NCBI GenBank assembly: GCA_016748015.1
Contig: JAAOMT010000201.1
Location: 1 to 64,000 of the forward strand
Direction: 5' to 3'
DNA length: 64,000 nt
Source: Geosiphon pyriformis uo1
Taxonomy: Eukaryota > Fungi > Glomeromycota
This document shows, piece after piece, positions 52,796 through 64,000 of the stretch (positions are counted from its first letter, which is position 1; each line of letters starts with the position of its first letter). The notes under the pieces are model-generated. The model worked only from the letters and a program-made list of their open reading frames with translations, made no database searches and was not told where the DNA came from. The position numbers and the translations under genes are program-made.

Positions 52796-55720
52796 TTTAT
52801 AATATATTTCGGGATTCATAACTTTCTTAAATTTTTTATTTATTAAATAAACACTTGAGGACAGACTCGCATCCACGTGCATTTGTGAACAAATAAATAC
52901 AGACCAGCTTAATGAATTAATACGAGTTTCTATATTTATAATAAAATCTTTGTCAAAATCTCAATTATTCCATTTGCAATCTAGAACATTTGAAAAATAA
53001 TTCGAACCACGAGAGAACCGGAAAAGATTTTGTGAGCGCCGAGATTGTTTAAAATTTATAAGCAAAAATTCCTAAATATAATTTCGAGCCTGAATAGGCA
53101 GTATGATATCATTTCTAAAAAGTATATTCCTTTAGCTTGGATGAATTCGTAACCATAAAGACGAGCTTCCGTTGTTTTTAAAAAAGGATAAAACTTTTGT
53201 TATTATTTAGATCATCATCTTACATTTAATCAAACAAATTTTGCACTCAGAGCAACATATTGCATTGCTTCTTATCAAAATTTTGGAAGGAAAGCTTGTG
53301 AAAAATTTTTCATCATGTTATTAATTAAGCAGACTCCGAAAGAAGAAAACCCAGTGTAAATATCGTTAATCAAAGATTTAAGAGACACAAAGTTAGTCTT
53401 TTCTTTGGAAATTTATCTCAATCAATAGAACAACCACGTGTCTCAATAACAAAGAATAATGAAACAAGGGTCCAAGTAATTCTCAATATTGAAGTGAAGA
53501 ACATAGAAGGTAAGAATTTCTTTCATCATTCTCGGAATCTCAGATTCAAATAATTTAAAAATTTACGCTTTTTACCTTTTTAGAACTTCAATCTGATAGT
53601 AAAAGAAATAGCAATCTTTACAAAGGACCTCAATTACAAATGCCCTTATACTTTCCATTTTTGTCTTAAAACTCCGTCTCGTACTCCTCTGAATAAAAAT
53701 ATTATGGCATACACTATAATGAATTATCGAAAGCTAATTTTACTGATAAACAATTTTTATTATTATCCAAACCTCAGTATCAGGCAGGCATTTCCTGAAT
53801 CGTAATATGAACTATCATGAAGTTACAGCTTTTTAGACGAGCATTTGTACGATCATGTTTACTTGTTTGAATTAAAAATTTAATTTCTCTTCATATCTCG
53901 GTACAAGTTTCTTTCTAAACTTTCGGGCTCGATGAAACTTATTATAGTGATTGATTTAATTTTCAAATGTCTTCAAATCGCCAAACAAGCCTTTGGTATG
54001 AGGGAAATTTATTTTGTTTGTTTGGAAAAAATTTTATTTGGTGCTTTATGCAAAGACTAGATATTAATTTTTACAACTGAACTATAATTTTTTGACCATA
54101 TAAGAATGATAGAGTACGTTGCTCAAAGATTTTTCGCCGAGACATTCCCAGTAGTATGAACTTAATACTCGCAGCATTTGTTATTTTAATTCTGATTCTT
54201 GGAGACACTGGGTGATCATTGTTTGCTCAAGTAAAATTCCAATTCAGGTAAAGTACGTTACGAATTTGGGTGAAATTAGGGTGATAGATGATTTAGACCC
54301 TGCGTAAGCAAAAGGTACTAGTCTAATTTTGGTAAAAGTGGACTCTTGGGAGGCCCTCTATGCTAACTGTCGATCGCAGTTATTATTTATTTATATCTAA
54401 TTAATTTTGTTTGCGTTTATAGCAATATCAAAATAAGGAATTCCCACGCGAGATTGCACAATTTTATGGAGAAATCTTCCATTGTGGTAATTAAATGATT
54501 TATTTTGTTAACTACAGATTTCAGGGTTGTAGGTCAATTTTCAAAAAAAAATTGAAAGAGTGAAGTTTGATAAGGAGTTCCTTTATATGGCTAGACTCGA
54601 TAGCACACACATTTAAACCGCTACTAACTATAAATAACTTTTTCAATCCGATATAATCCTTCGTGTAATAACGAGCTCACACTTAATAACTTGTGATTGT
54701 TTGGAATCTATTCTAATTGCATAAAAGATTGAGACATAAAAGCAAAGAACCACATAATATAAAGATCACGATTTTTGAGGATCTTTTTCAATTGGCTAAT
54801 GTTTCTCTTTGAAAATAGCCCATAACTTAAAAAAATAAAAAAATTTTATAATTCGGTAGAATCACCTGGTGCCTTATCTTTTAATTCGATTAAAAAAGGT
54901 AAAAATTAATATTATCAGCTCTCAAGCAGTCAATTAATCACTGCCAGATATGAGTATGAATGATTTTAACAGTCAGGGAAGGGAGTCGGAATTGGAGGAA
55001 AATCATCTACTTTATAAGAGAACCGTATGATGAAAAAAAACGTTTTCAATTGATTAGCAATCATATGAATATCTTATCTCTATCATGGAATTTTCCTGCT
55101 AGCTGGAATGATTAATTAAAATTTTTGTCATCTCTCAATGCTTCTGATAAAAATTAATTTTTGAAAGAATCTTTAGATCCAATTTTTTATTAATCTGAAG
55201 AGTGAAATAATAATCTTTTAGATTTTCAAAAGAATTTTTTGAATATACCCTTTTCAGGAGTAATAAAAGTTTAGAAAAATACTTTTAATTTGAAATGTAT
55301 TGTTAGAATATCTAAAATTAAAAGAATACACAAAAGTGTTTTTATGCAAATCCAAGCAGAAATGAATAAAATTTTTGAATTGAATTTTTTTCAAGATAAG
55401 CATAGAACATGAAAAAGCTTATCGAACATTAAGTTAAGATCTTTAAACACACTTACCTAAAATCCGGAATTGGTTCAAGATACTGACTTTTATCTAAATT
55501 GTGGTAAAGAAATTCTACAGAAAGTTACGGGACTCGTATGGTGTTTGATTGCGTTCTTTTAGACAAATTAAGAATGGATGATTAATTAATAAAAGATAAT
55601 TTTATTTAAAAGTTTTATAACATCAAATTTGGATTCATTGCAGTCATCCGATGAATTTCTTCTTTAATAAAATTTTTTTTGTAAAGATATCATTTTAAAT
55701 AATTATAATTAATATAATAT

Positions 55721-55739
55721 CTGTCTCTTATACACATCT
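55721..55739 (+). other. Tn5 mosaic end / Nextera adapter sequence (library artefact)
   Basis: Exact 19-mer CTGTCTCTTATACACATCT, ~210 bp from an N gap. Confidence 0.95.
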
Positions 55740-55951
55740 ATTCTTTAAGTAGTCAAAAAACCAAATAAAATTAAAAATAATTTAAAATTTTGCCCACATA
55801 ATTTAGAGATAGTAGATAATCTTGGAAATGAGTTAATTATTAAAGTATCAGAGAACACAGATTTCAAAGTAAAACCTCTTTAAGCGTCTTAAAAAAAACA
55901 CAATAAACTTAAATTAGGGGTAATAATAAGAATTTTTTTTTCATCTTTAGA

Positions 55952-56083
55952 NNNNNNNNNNNNNNNNNNNNNNNNNNNNNNNNNNNNNNNNNNNNNNNNN
56001 NNNNNNNNNNNNNNNNNNNNNNNNNNNNNNNNNNNNNNNNNNNNNNNNNNNNNNNNNNNNNNNNNNNNNNNNNNNNNNNNNNN
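55952..56083. other. Assembly gap (N run)
   Basis: Run of N. Confidence 1.
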
Positions 56084-56965
56084 TTTTAATTAAATTATAT
56101 CAAATCTTGAAAGTTAAAATATGATAATCAGGAATTCATCCAAACTATATATCACATGATTTTGTTTCCCAATACATTTTTCTTTTATCTAGATTAAAAA
56201 TTAAAATGGATAAAGGTAAAAGAATGAAATTTCATTAAGATAACATTATAATTATTATTCCTTTAGTTTATTAATTCCGGAATATTGGAATTTTTCAAAA
56301 GATCATGTTATCTGCTGATATAATGTAAAAGCTATTAAGCGAATTTTCTTCTTTTCTTTACTTATTTTATTTAAAGAAAATTTCTTAATCGTAGCAATGA
56401 CAAATCATTGAGCTACAATATTTTTTACTAAATATTTTTTTCATGACTTAAAATTAAACAAAGATTATGAGACAGGAATATACACTATGTTCATTTTCAA
56501 CAAATATTTATTATTTTTTTCAATAACTTTCCTAAATTTACAAAGTACGCTCTTGCTAAATGACTATTTTACATTTTCTGATTGAGTAACAAAGTTTTGA
56601 TTAGAATGTGCCTGCACATTTTATCTATCTATATATAGTATATATATATATATATGAATTTAAATACAAATGGAGTCTAAAAGGTTAAAGTCAAACTAAC
56701 TCTTTTAGTACTAAAAACATCCGGACATTTACACCACAAATCCAAGAAAAATTCGGAAAAAATGATTTTCTAGTTACATTAAAAAAAAAACGGGTGGTTA
56801 TTTACAGGAGTTGAAACTTATTTACAAAAAAGTCAAAGGCAATAATGTGAAAAAAATAGAAAATAGAAAAATCTTGTTTAATTTTTTCAACCTCCTTTCA
56901 TGAAAATCCCATCCTTGTTGACCAGTTTTTGAACTAGTAATTCTGTAGGAGAATTTTTTCAAAAC

Positions 56966-57751
56966 TTAAGATGGGTACACATTGCATGAGATTGTAGTTT
57001 TTTCGAAAGAATCCATGTTTTTGAGGTCATTAGGTGAGGTCAAGAACCAACATAGATTTTCAGCTGCCAATGCTTGTTGATTTTCTACAAATGAATTGTC
57101 ATTGATAAAATTAAATGACAAGTAATCATCAATCGGAGGAGAGAGAAAAAATGTATGTGAATAGTTGGGTAAATGACATTTTAAAAAAGGAATATCCATC
57201 GAACAAGAAGGAGAGATGAGTGGTGAAAAAGTTAAGTCCTCAACATCTTTATTTTTTTCGAGTTCGTATACTGGAATAGATATGGCAGTTGGAACAATAC
57301 ATTGATTATTTCCAGGGATGTCGTTAAATATTTGTTCCTTTTCTGTGTTTATAATGGGATTGACTTGAGTTGGCTCGTTTTTTAAATTCGGTTTCTGTTC
57401 ATCATGTAATTTAGGCAAATTTTCGCGTCGAAGATTTTTATAAAGCTGCCTTGCGTCAGCTGCAATTTGTTTATATTCATTTCGTATATTAATTGGCTCC
57501 CTGGACCAACTTTCTTTCGCCATTGTAGACAATTGCGGTTGTGTGATAACTGAATGTTTCATGGAACGCAATTCTTTGAAGAAAGCAATACGATAAGCAA
57601 TAAAGGCGTTTGGTATTCTGGAAGGCTGCCTTGATGTTTTCAATTTAGACATTGCCCTTTTGATGAGATCAAAGGGGGTAATAACAGGAGGAAACCTTGG
57701 ACTTATATGCTGAGTAAAACTTGTAGTTTTGCCCTCAGATTCTATTTTCAT
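56966..57751 (-). CDS. MATA-type HMG-box transcription factor (copy 9)
   Basis: SPRFPPVITPFDL; RIPNAFIAYRIAF...QPQLSTMAKESWSREPINIRNEYKQIA; no coil motif. Confidence 0.93.
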   Translation of the reverse strand: MKIESEGKTTSFTQHISPRFPPVITPFDLIKRAMSKLKTSRQPSRIPNAFIAYRIAFFKELRSMKHSVITQPQLSTMAKESWSREPINIRNEYKQIAADARQLYKNLRRENLPKLHDEQKPNLKNEPTQVNPIINTEKEQIFNDIPGNNQCIVPTAISIPVYELEKNKDVEDLTFSPLISPSCSMDIPFLKCHLPNYSHTFFLSPPIDDYLSFNFINDNSFVENQQALAAENLCWFLTSPNDLKNMDSFEKTTISCNVYPS

Positions 57752-58286
57752 TTTGTTTTGATTTTAAAATTCTTCTTTTTTTTTTTTAATGAGGTGTTTC
57801 AAAAGAATTTTATAGCTTTGAGAAAAATTTTCACTTTTGAAATTATTATTTTTTAAAAAGTCAACAAGAGTTTTATAGTTTCTCAAGACTAGTAAAGTTC
57901 TAATATTTATATTAATTTTTATTTATTTAATGAATTTATAATCTGACACCATTGCTCACGGGAAACTACGGATTTTATGAAAACCCTTTGCCAATTGTTA
58001 CCCATAGCTTTTGATAGCGACCATTCTTTGTTAACCTTTTAAGGTTTACTTTGGCCTTAAATGAAACAACAAAAGCCCCGCGCGTTTAGTGTTTCAGAAT
58101 AGGAATCAGGTACCTATTTACCTCGCATATATTTTTACAAGTTATTTGAAAGGTTAAGCCAAGAATTGGTTGTAATACAAAAACCCTAATATCAGCCACG
58201 ACTCGGAGTGACTTCCCCACGAGAAAATTGATAATCTTTGAGAATAAAAGTTCAATTCTATACATTTTAGGTGATGGATATCTATC

Positions 58287-58357
<71 letters not shown>

Positions 58358-58410
58358 AAACAACAGTAGCAGCAGCAAAACAACAACAACAAAAATAATA
58401 ATAACAACAA
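58287..58410. repeat. Compound (AAT)n/(AAC)n/(AGC)n microsatellite
   Basis: Visible directly; source of spurious ORFs 58086 and 58154. Confidence 0.95.
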
Positions 58411-59913
58411 GTTAAAACTTGTAACATAAATTTTGATTAGTTCAATTGTTCACCCGAAAATAAAATTAATAGATTAGACTTTTATTAAATCTGAAGCTTT
58501 TTTATTTAAAATAGAAGTTCAATTTGTAAGCATTCAATAAAAGGTAGTATTAAGTGTCATTTAATTTGCTTTTGGGTTTAATCGAACGCGAGAAACTTTT
58601 AAGAGTAAAAATGGGTATTTCTTTTTCCTTTTTACTTTTTTTGCATCTTGTTAAAGTATAATGAAATTTTAATTTTCTATTGGCAAATAATATGTTGGGT
58701 TTCATTTGCATAAAACTTTTTTTTTTTCAACGATAAAATGAAAAGGTTGAGGTGAGTCATCAAATTTTATCATATTAGAGCCTTTAATAATAATAAATTT
58801 TGAAAAGTAATAAAGGCGCACAGCAGCCTGCATGATTATTTTAGGATAGATGAACAGTTTCATATATTAGTAAACACAAAATATAAAACGGTTAGCCAAA
58901 CCCCGAATTCTTTTCAATATAAAAATCGCTAATACCTGGTGAGACTTGCATGTTTTATTTTGCTGCTGCTGAGTACAAATCTTCCCCCTTTTTAAATGAA
59001 AACCATAATGGATCTTTGTTAAGAGGTTAAGCAAAACATTTATAGTCTCAATTATTAGTAAAATGGGAATTTTTTTTTGATATATGGAAAAATTGTTAAG
59101 GGGTATTATGTTTCAAATACAAAGACTAACAAGTTCACGTGATTATTATTATTATTATTATTATCAAATACTCGGAAAATTTTTCATCAGGAACTGCATC
59201 CTTTTAGAGCAAGAAATGATTTTCTTTTTTAGCTTGTGAAGATACTTTTTTTTTTTTTTTTCTTTTCCTTTAGTTTTGAATGGAAGATTGTATATAGTGT
59301 TATTCCTTTTTGAATAATGATAATTGTCTTCCCGCGGATTTTTATTGTTTTACAAATGGTTTGCATGGTTTTGATTCAAAAATCTTTTGTATTGCCATTT
59401 TTATTTTTTTGTAAGAGACCATTGTTTTTTCATGAAAAAAAAAACTCTTTAGTGAGATCGACTTTATTAGCCATTGAGCATTGTTGAAATTTAAATTTTT
59501 CCAATTGTATTCCTCGTCCTACATTTATTTATATAATATATGTTCTTGGCAAAATACTGTATCCGTTTTTTGTAAGTTTGCAGTAAGAAAAAAAAAATGT
59601 ATACAAAGAGCCAAGAGTTTTAAAATTTTTACTCAAAAATTGTTTGAATAAATCATTTTTTCAATGCATTTAAACAAATTAACAATTTCATTTGTATGAA
59701 AAAAAAATTGTATTACATACATGAAAACTCATAAAGTTTTTGGCTCAAAAGCGTTCTCCCTATAAGTAAATTAATGCTTGTGATTCGGTCCCAAAAAATT
59801 TATAATTTTCAGGAAAATTCACATATTCAATTTTTATGTTAATTAAATTGAAATTGAAGCGATAATTTTTTTCGTCTATTTTTATCAAAACCTTTTTTTT
59901 TATTCGTTTTATA

Positions 59914-59952
59914 GAAGGAAGGAAGGAAGGAAGGATGGATGGATGGATGGAA
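59914..59952. repeat. (GGAA)n(GGAT)n microsatellite
   Basis: Visible directly. Confidence 0.9.
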
Positions 59953-62274
59953 AGATTCTTTACTGAATTTTTTCGTATCGTTTATGCGTATCATTTTTGT
60001 CTCGTTCAAAAAAGTCAAACATTATTATTAATAAACGATACCGTAAAAAAATCTTGGCTTTATTTGAAAGATCTTGACTTAATTTCTCCGAATTACGATC
60101 TCATCTAAGAAAAATATATATATATATATATATATATATTCATTAAAGATTATGATATTTATAGTTTCGGTAAAAATGAAAATATTTGTTTAAGCTAAAT
60201 TAAAAACTTCTAATTTAAATCATTAATATCTGTTGTTAAATAATCCGAAAATGATTGGGAATTTCATTTTCATTGGCTCCCGAAATTATGTTTTGGTCTC
60301 ACTTAATTTTTAGTAAATCTATGTAACATTTTACCGATCATGACATCAAACTATAATAAATGTGAGACAACATTCATGTATGGTAAATTAAACGAATAAT
60401 TATTTTTAATAAATTTATTATCCAATTGACACAATGCCCTGAAATTTTCATTATGATATACGCCATCGAGTGGTAACACGTTCGTATAAGATAATGTTCT
60501 CAAAATTTTTTCATCATAGACAAAACTATATTTGATGAAAATGATGCCTAAATTTTTTGTGAAAAGTTGAAATTGTATTTTTTAAGGGAAAAAAAATATA
60601 TCATTTAGAAAATATGAAACGAAGGATTTAACATAATATAGAAAATTGAATTAAGTATTAACTAATGTAATTTAAAAAATGAAAATTTTTTTACTGATAA
60701 TATAATTCATATCATTGTCTTAATATCCTTAAAAATATTAAAAAAAAATTTTTACTCGTTGATATCATTTTTTGAATCAGGAATTGAATGAACAAAAAGA
60801 ATTATATATTGATTATTTTATTATCTTATTGATTGAAACTGTTCCAAATTGCAAACTGAGATAAACTTTAAAATATTGTATTGTTATATTATGTTTTATC
60901 TTTTAACTTTCATTGTTAAAATTTCCCTGATGGCTATCATTAAATTAAAAAAAAAAATTTTTTTTTGTAACATAACAGTTATGTTGCAATTTTTTTCAAC
61001 CACTTTAAAAACTTTTTCACTTTAGTTGAAAGTTTCATGACATTGTCTCTTTTACGACATTTATAATTTTTATATTCCTGTTTCCAATTTTTTTGATCGC
61101 TTGTAAACTTTTTTGGTATTTCAAGTTATCAATTTTTTTATTATCTTTTTATGATCTATAATTGTTCCTAACCTTTGTTGTAAAAACTGTTCAATGTTTG
61201 ATAATATGTATTTAAATTTATTATTAATAAATAAATTTAATTGTCTTGTTTCTCTTATTACAATCTTTGGCCAGCAATTATACTTGTAACATGTACGCAA
61301 AGAATATGGTTTCTGATAAATTATAGCGTTTTTTAGTTTTTTTTTGTGAGCTTCAATTTTTGAATATATGACAATTATTATTTTATTTTATTTTCAAATG
61401 GAATCTTCTAACTTAGTTTATAAAACTTTATTTTGTGAATTTAATAACTTGAGTGTTTTTCTTAGCTATTAACTCTATTACTTTTGATGAATTTCACTAT
61501 TATTATTACTATAATATTTCAAAAGCAAAATTTTTAAAGATTCACCTAACAATTATTAATAACTGGTTATTCTAAAAACTTTTCAGGATAATTGAATAAA
61601 ACTCCATTCTCAAACATTTTTTTACTATTATTATGAAAATTTTTATTTAATATTTATTTGAACTATCTTACCGTATTATTTTTTTCATTGTTCAACCAAA
61701 TTGTGGTAACTTTCTGTTATCCAATTACTTGTACGACTATTTTGGACGAAACCATAGAGTGTATTTTATTATGTTACAAATTTAAAAATTTTCATGTTTG
61801 AAAATCGCAATTTTTTTTTATTTAAATATTAAATTATAAGTTCATTATATTATCATGATATATGGTATCTAGACGTTTTGTTTTGATTGAGAAAATTTTA
61901 TAAACATTTTTCTTTTTCTTTTTTTCTCTATTTCGGTCTTTATTAAAATATTTCAAGCAGTGTTTTAAGCTGCGTTTTTTTTCTTTTTAATAGTTTCATT
62001 GTATGATATAATTAATTCTACTAAAAAAAATTTCTCCCATTTCTGTTGTGTCAATTACCTTTTAAACCACTTCAACAATGGATTGTGAACATAAATATAC
62101 TTATTTTTTGTCATCCAAAAGTTTCTCAATTTCCTTTGCTAATAAAACAGAAAGGAAAAGATTTTTTTTGAATCTTTGTTTTTCTTTTTCGGTGCAATTT
62201 ATCGCGTTCTTTTAAAAAAAAAAGCAGTTGGTTTTAATAAGAACGGAAACCCCGAGCCTTTCACATTAAAGTAG

Positions 62275-62336
<62 letters not shown>
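62275..62336 (+). repeat. Poly(A) tract (~60 nt)
   Basis: Visible directly. Confidence 0.9.
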
Positions 62337-62338
<2 letters not shown>

Positions 62339-64000
62339 AAAGATTTAAGCAAAATTACTAAAAATAAATAAAAGTTTTCTATATCAAGTTAATGGTGTTT
62401 AACAATTTACCTATTTTTGGACTTATATTTGAGGATCCCAATGTAAAAATTATTGTACAATTCACATGATTGACAAAGAAGGGTAAACAATAATCATAGA
62501 AAATGCAATTAATTTTATGTTTGATTAATTTAAGCCTTTAAAAGAAAAATAAAATCTAATTTAATATCATATTTTATACCAGATATAATAAAATTTCCAA
62601 TTGATATTTGTTCATCAAAAAAATTGAATCTGATGCCGATATTAATTATCTAAGGAAACCATAATTTCTCGATATTTAGTATTTCATGCTGAAGTAATTC
62701 TTGACTTTTTCATTTTTTTTAAAGAGTTTTAAAGTATAAAATGACATTCAAACCTCAAGCTCTTGTTCTTCTTCTTATTCTTTATCTTGCTTTTTAGAAC
62801 AGTTTTTTAATGATAATTTACATAATTTTGTCAATTAAAAATTGACATGGTAGCTAGGGATAAAAAAAATTTAAATTTGATTGAATTGATCAAAGAGAGG
62901 TTGCCACATCATGTTATGATCTATTAAAATTAAGATATTTTTATTATATTTTTAAATGGATTCGATTGAAAAAATACGTTTAATAAAATTCATTACAAAA
63001 AATTATTTGTAAATACCCTATTTAATTATTAATATTATTATTATTATTATTATTATTATTTTGCTATTTAGCCAATCACCTAATCATTTAGAATTGTTCT
63101 AGATGTTTCGTTTTGGTCGAATTCAATTTTTTAAAAGTTTTAAAATTACGCATCATTAAATGGTGCTCGATCGATTCGCAAAAATTAGCTACCTGCCTTA
63201 CTTAATGATTCTATGCTTATTATGAAAAAAAAACTAGTCATAATAGCATTAAATTTCAAAATTACTTTAAAAATAAGGCTTTTTAAATTTATTTTACTTC
63301 CATATATAGTTTAGTGTGTATTGCTAAAATATATCGAGAATATATTTAAAGACTTTCAATAAGATCAAATAAAGGAGATTAAAGTTTTTATTAAAATTTT
63401 ATTCTTCATTTACCGGTTTCGAAAAAGATGAATGTTCGAGTGTGGGAAAATAAGAATTTTAATCATATAAACTGAATCGATAAACAATTTATCTTTTTAA
63501 CTTTGTATATAATAAAATTTTAATTGCTTTTAGTGCCTTGTTTAAAGATAATATCTAAAAAGTATTTATCTTGGATCATTCTAGAATATTGACGTTATTG
63601 GTTTTCTATATATAATAATTTGATTAAAAAACAAAATTATCCTAAACTTTTGAATAATCTCGATTGATCTTTATGATTAGAGATTATGTCTATAAATAGG
63701 TCTGTGATGGTGATAGCGTATAAGGTTTTAGAAGCAAGAATAATTTATTTCAATTGTTAATCATTTAATTTCGCAACATAAATATACCTTTGGGAAAACA
63801 AACATTGTTAATTTTTCATTTTTAAATAAATTTTAGAGAAAAAATAAATAAAGATCTATAAAAAAATCTTTTAGGCTTTATACTCTTAGCTCTCAGATAA
63901 TCGAAAAAGAAACCACCCCCCCCCATTATTTACAAATCGCTTTTGAATTTCCTTTTCCTATATTCACATAATCAAAGTAACCCTTCATTGAAATAGTACT

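Noticed and set aside
16098-57751. Bona fide mating-type (sex/MAT) locus
   Set aside because: No Mucorales-type flanking genes (triose-phosphate transporter, RNA helicase), no APN2/SLA2 and no homeodomain pair in the window. MATA-HMG genes are multicopy in this lineage, so a box alone is not evidence.
62275-62336. Poly(A) as the tail of a retroposed element
   Set aside because: No target-site duplication or upstream ORF recognisable.

Overview
Very AT-rich, gene-sparse eukaryotic scaffold with short GT-AG introns, microsatellites and two N gaps. The gene content points to an arbuscular mycorrhizal fungus (Glomeromycotina); this is inferred from gene families, not from a marker gene. The main feature is a ~42-kb array (16.1-57.8 kb) of nine intronless, highly diverged MATA-type HMG-box genes: seven open, one with an early nonsense codon, one clear pseudogene. 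They share an N-terminal P-x-FP(P)-x-x-T-x-x-[ED]-[LI] motif. Five copies (and, degenerately, the pseudogene) also carry a C-terminal LE-x-R-h-x-x-LE coiled-coil motif. One copy keeps the coil but has lost key DNA-contacting residues, suggesting a combinatorial oligomerising transcription-factor system with a possible decoy member. The left part holds an alpha-arrestin (with a PPPY motif in a second exon) between an inverted duplication of a secreted Gly/Asn-repeat protein gene. One copy has KR dibasic sites and a GPI-like tail; the other stops at about the predicted cleavage site. Also present: a 704-bp internally deleted DD35E Tc1-like element with perfect TIRs, a second very decayed Tc1-like relic, a decayed multi-exon Ig-like/transmembrane gene, and an exact Tn5/Nextera mosaic-end sequence (assembly artefact).
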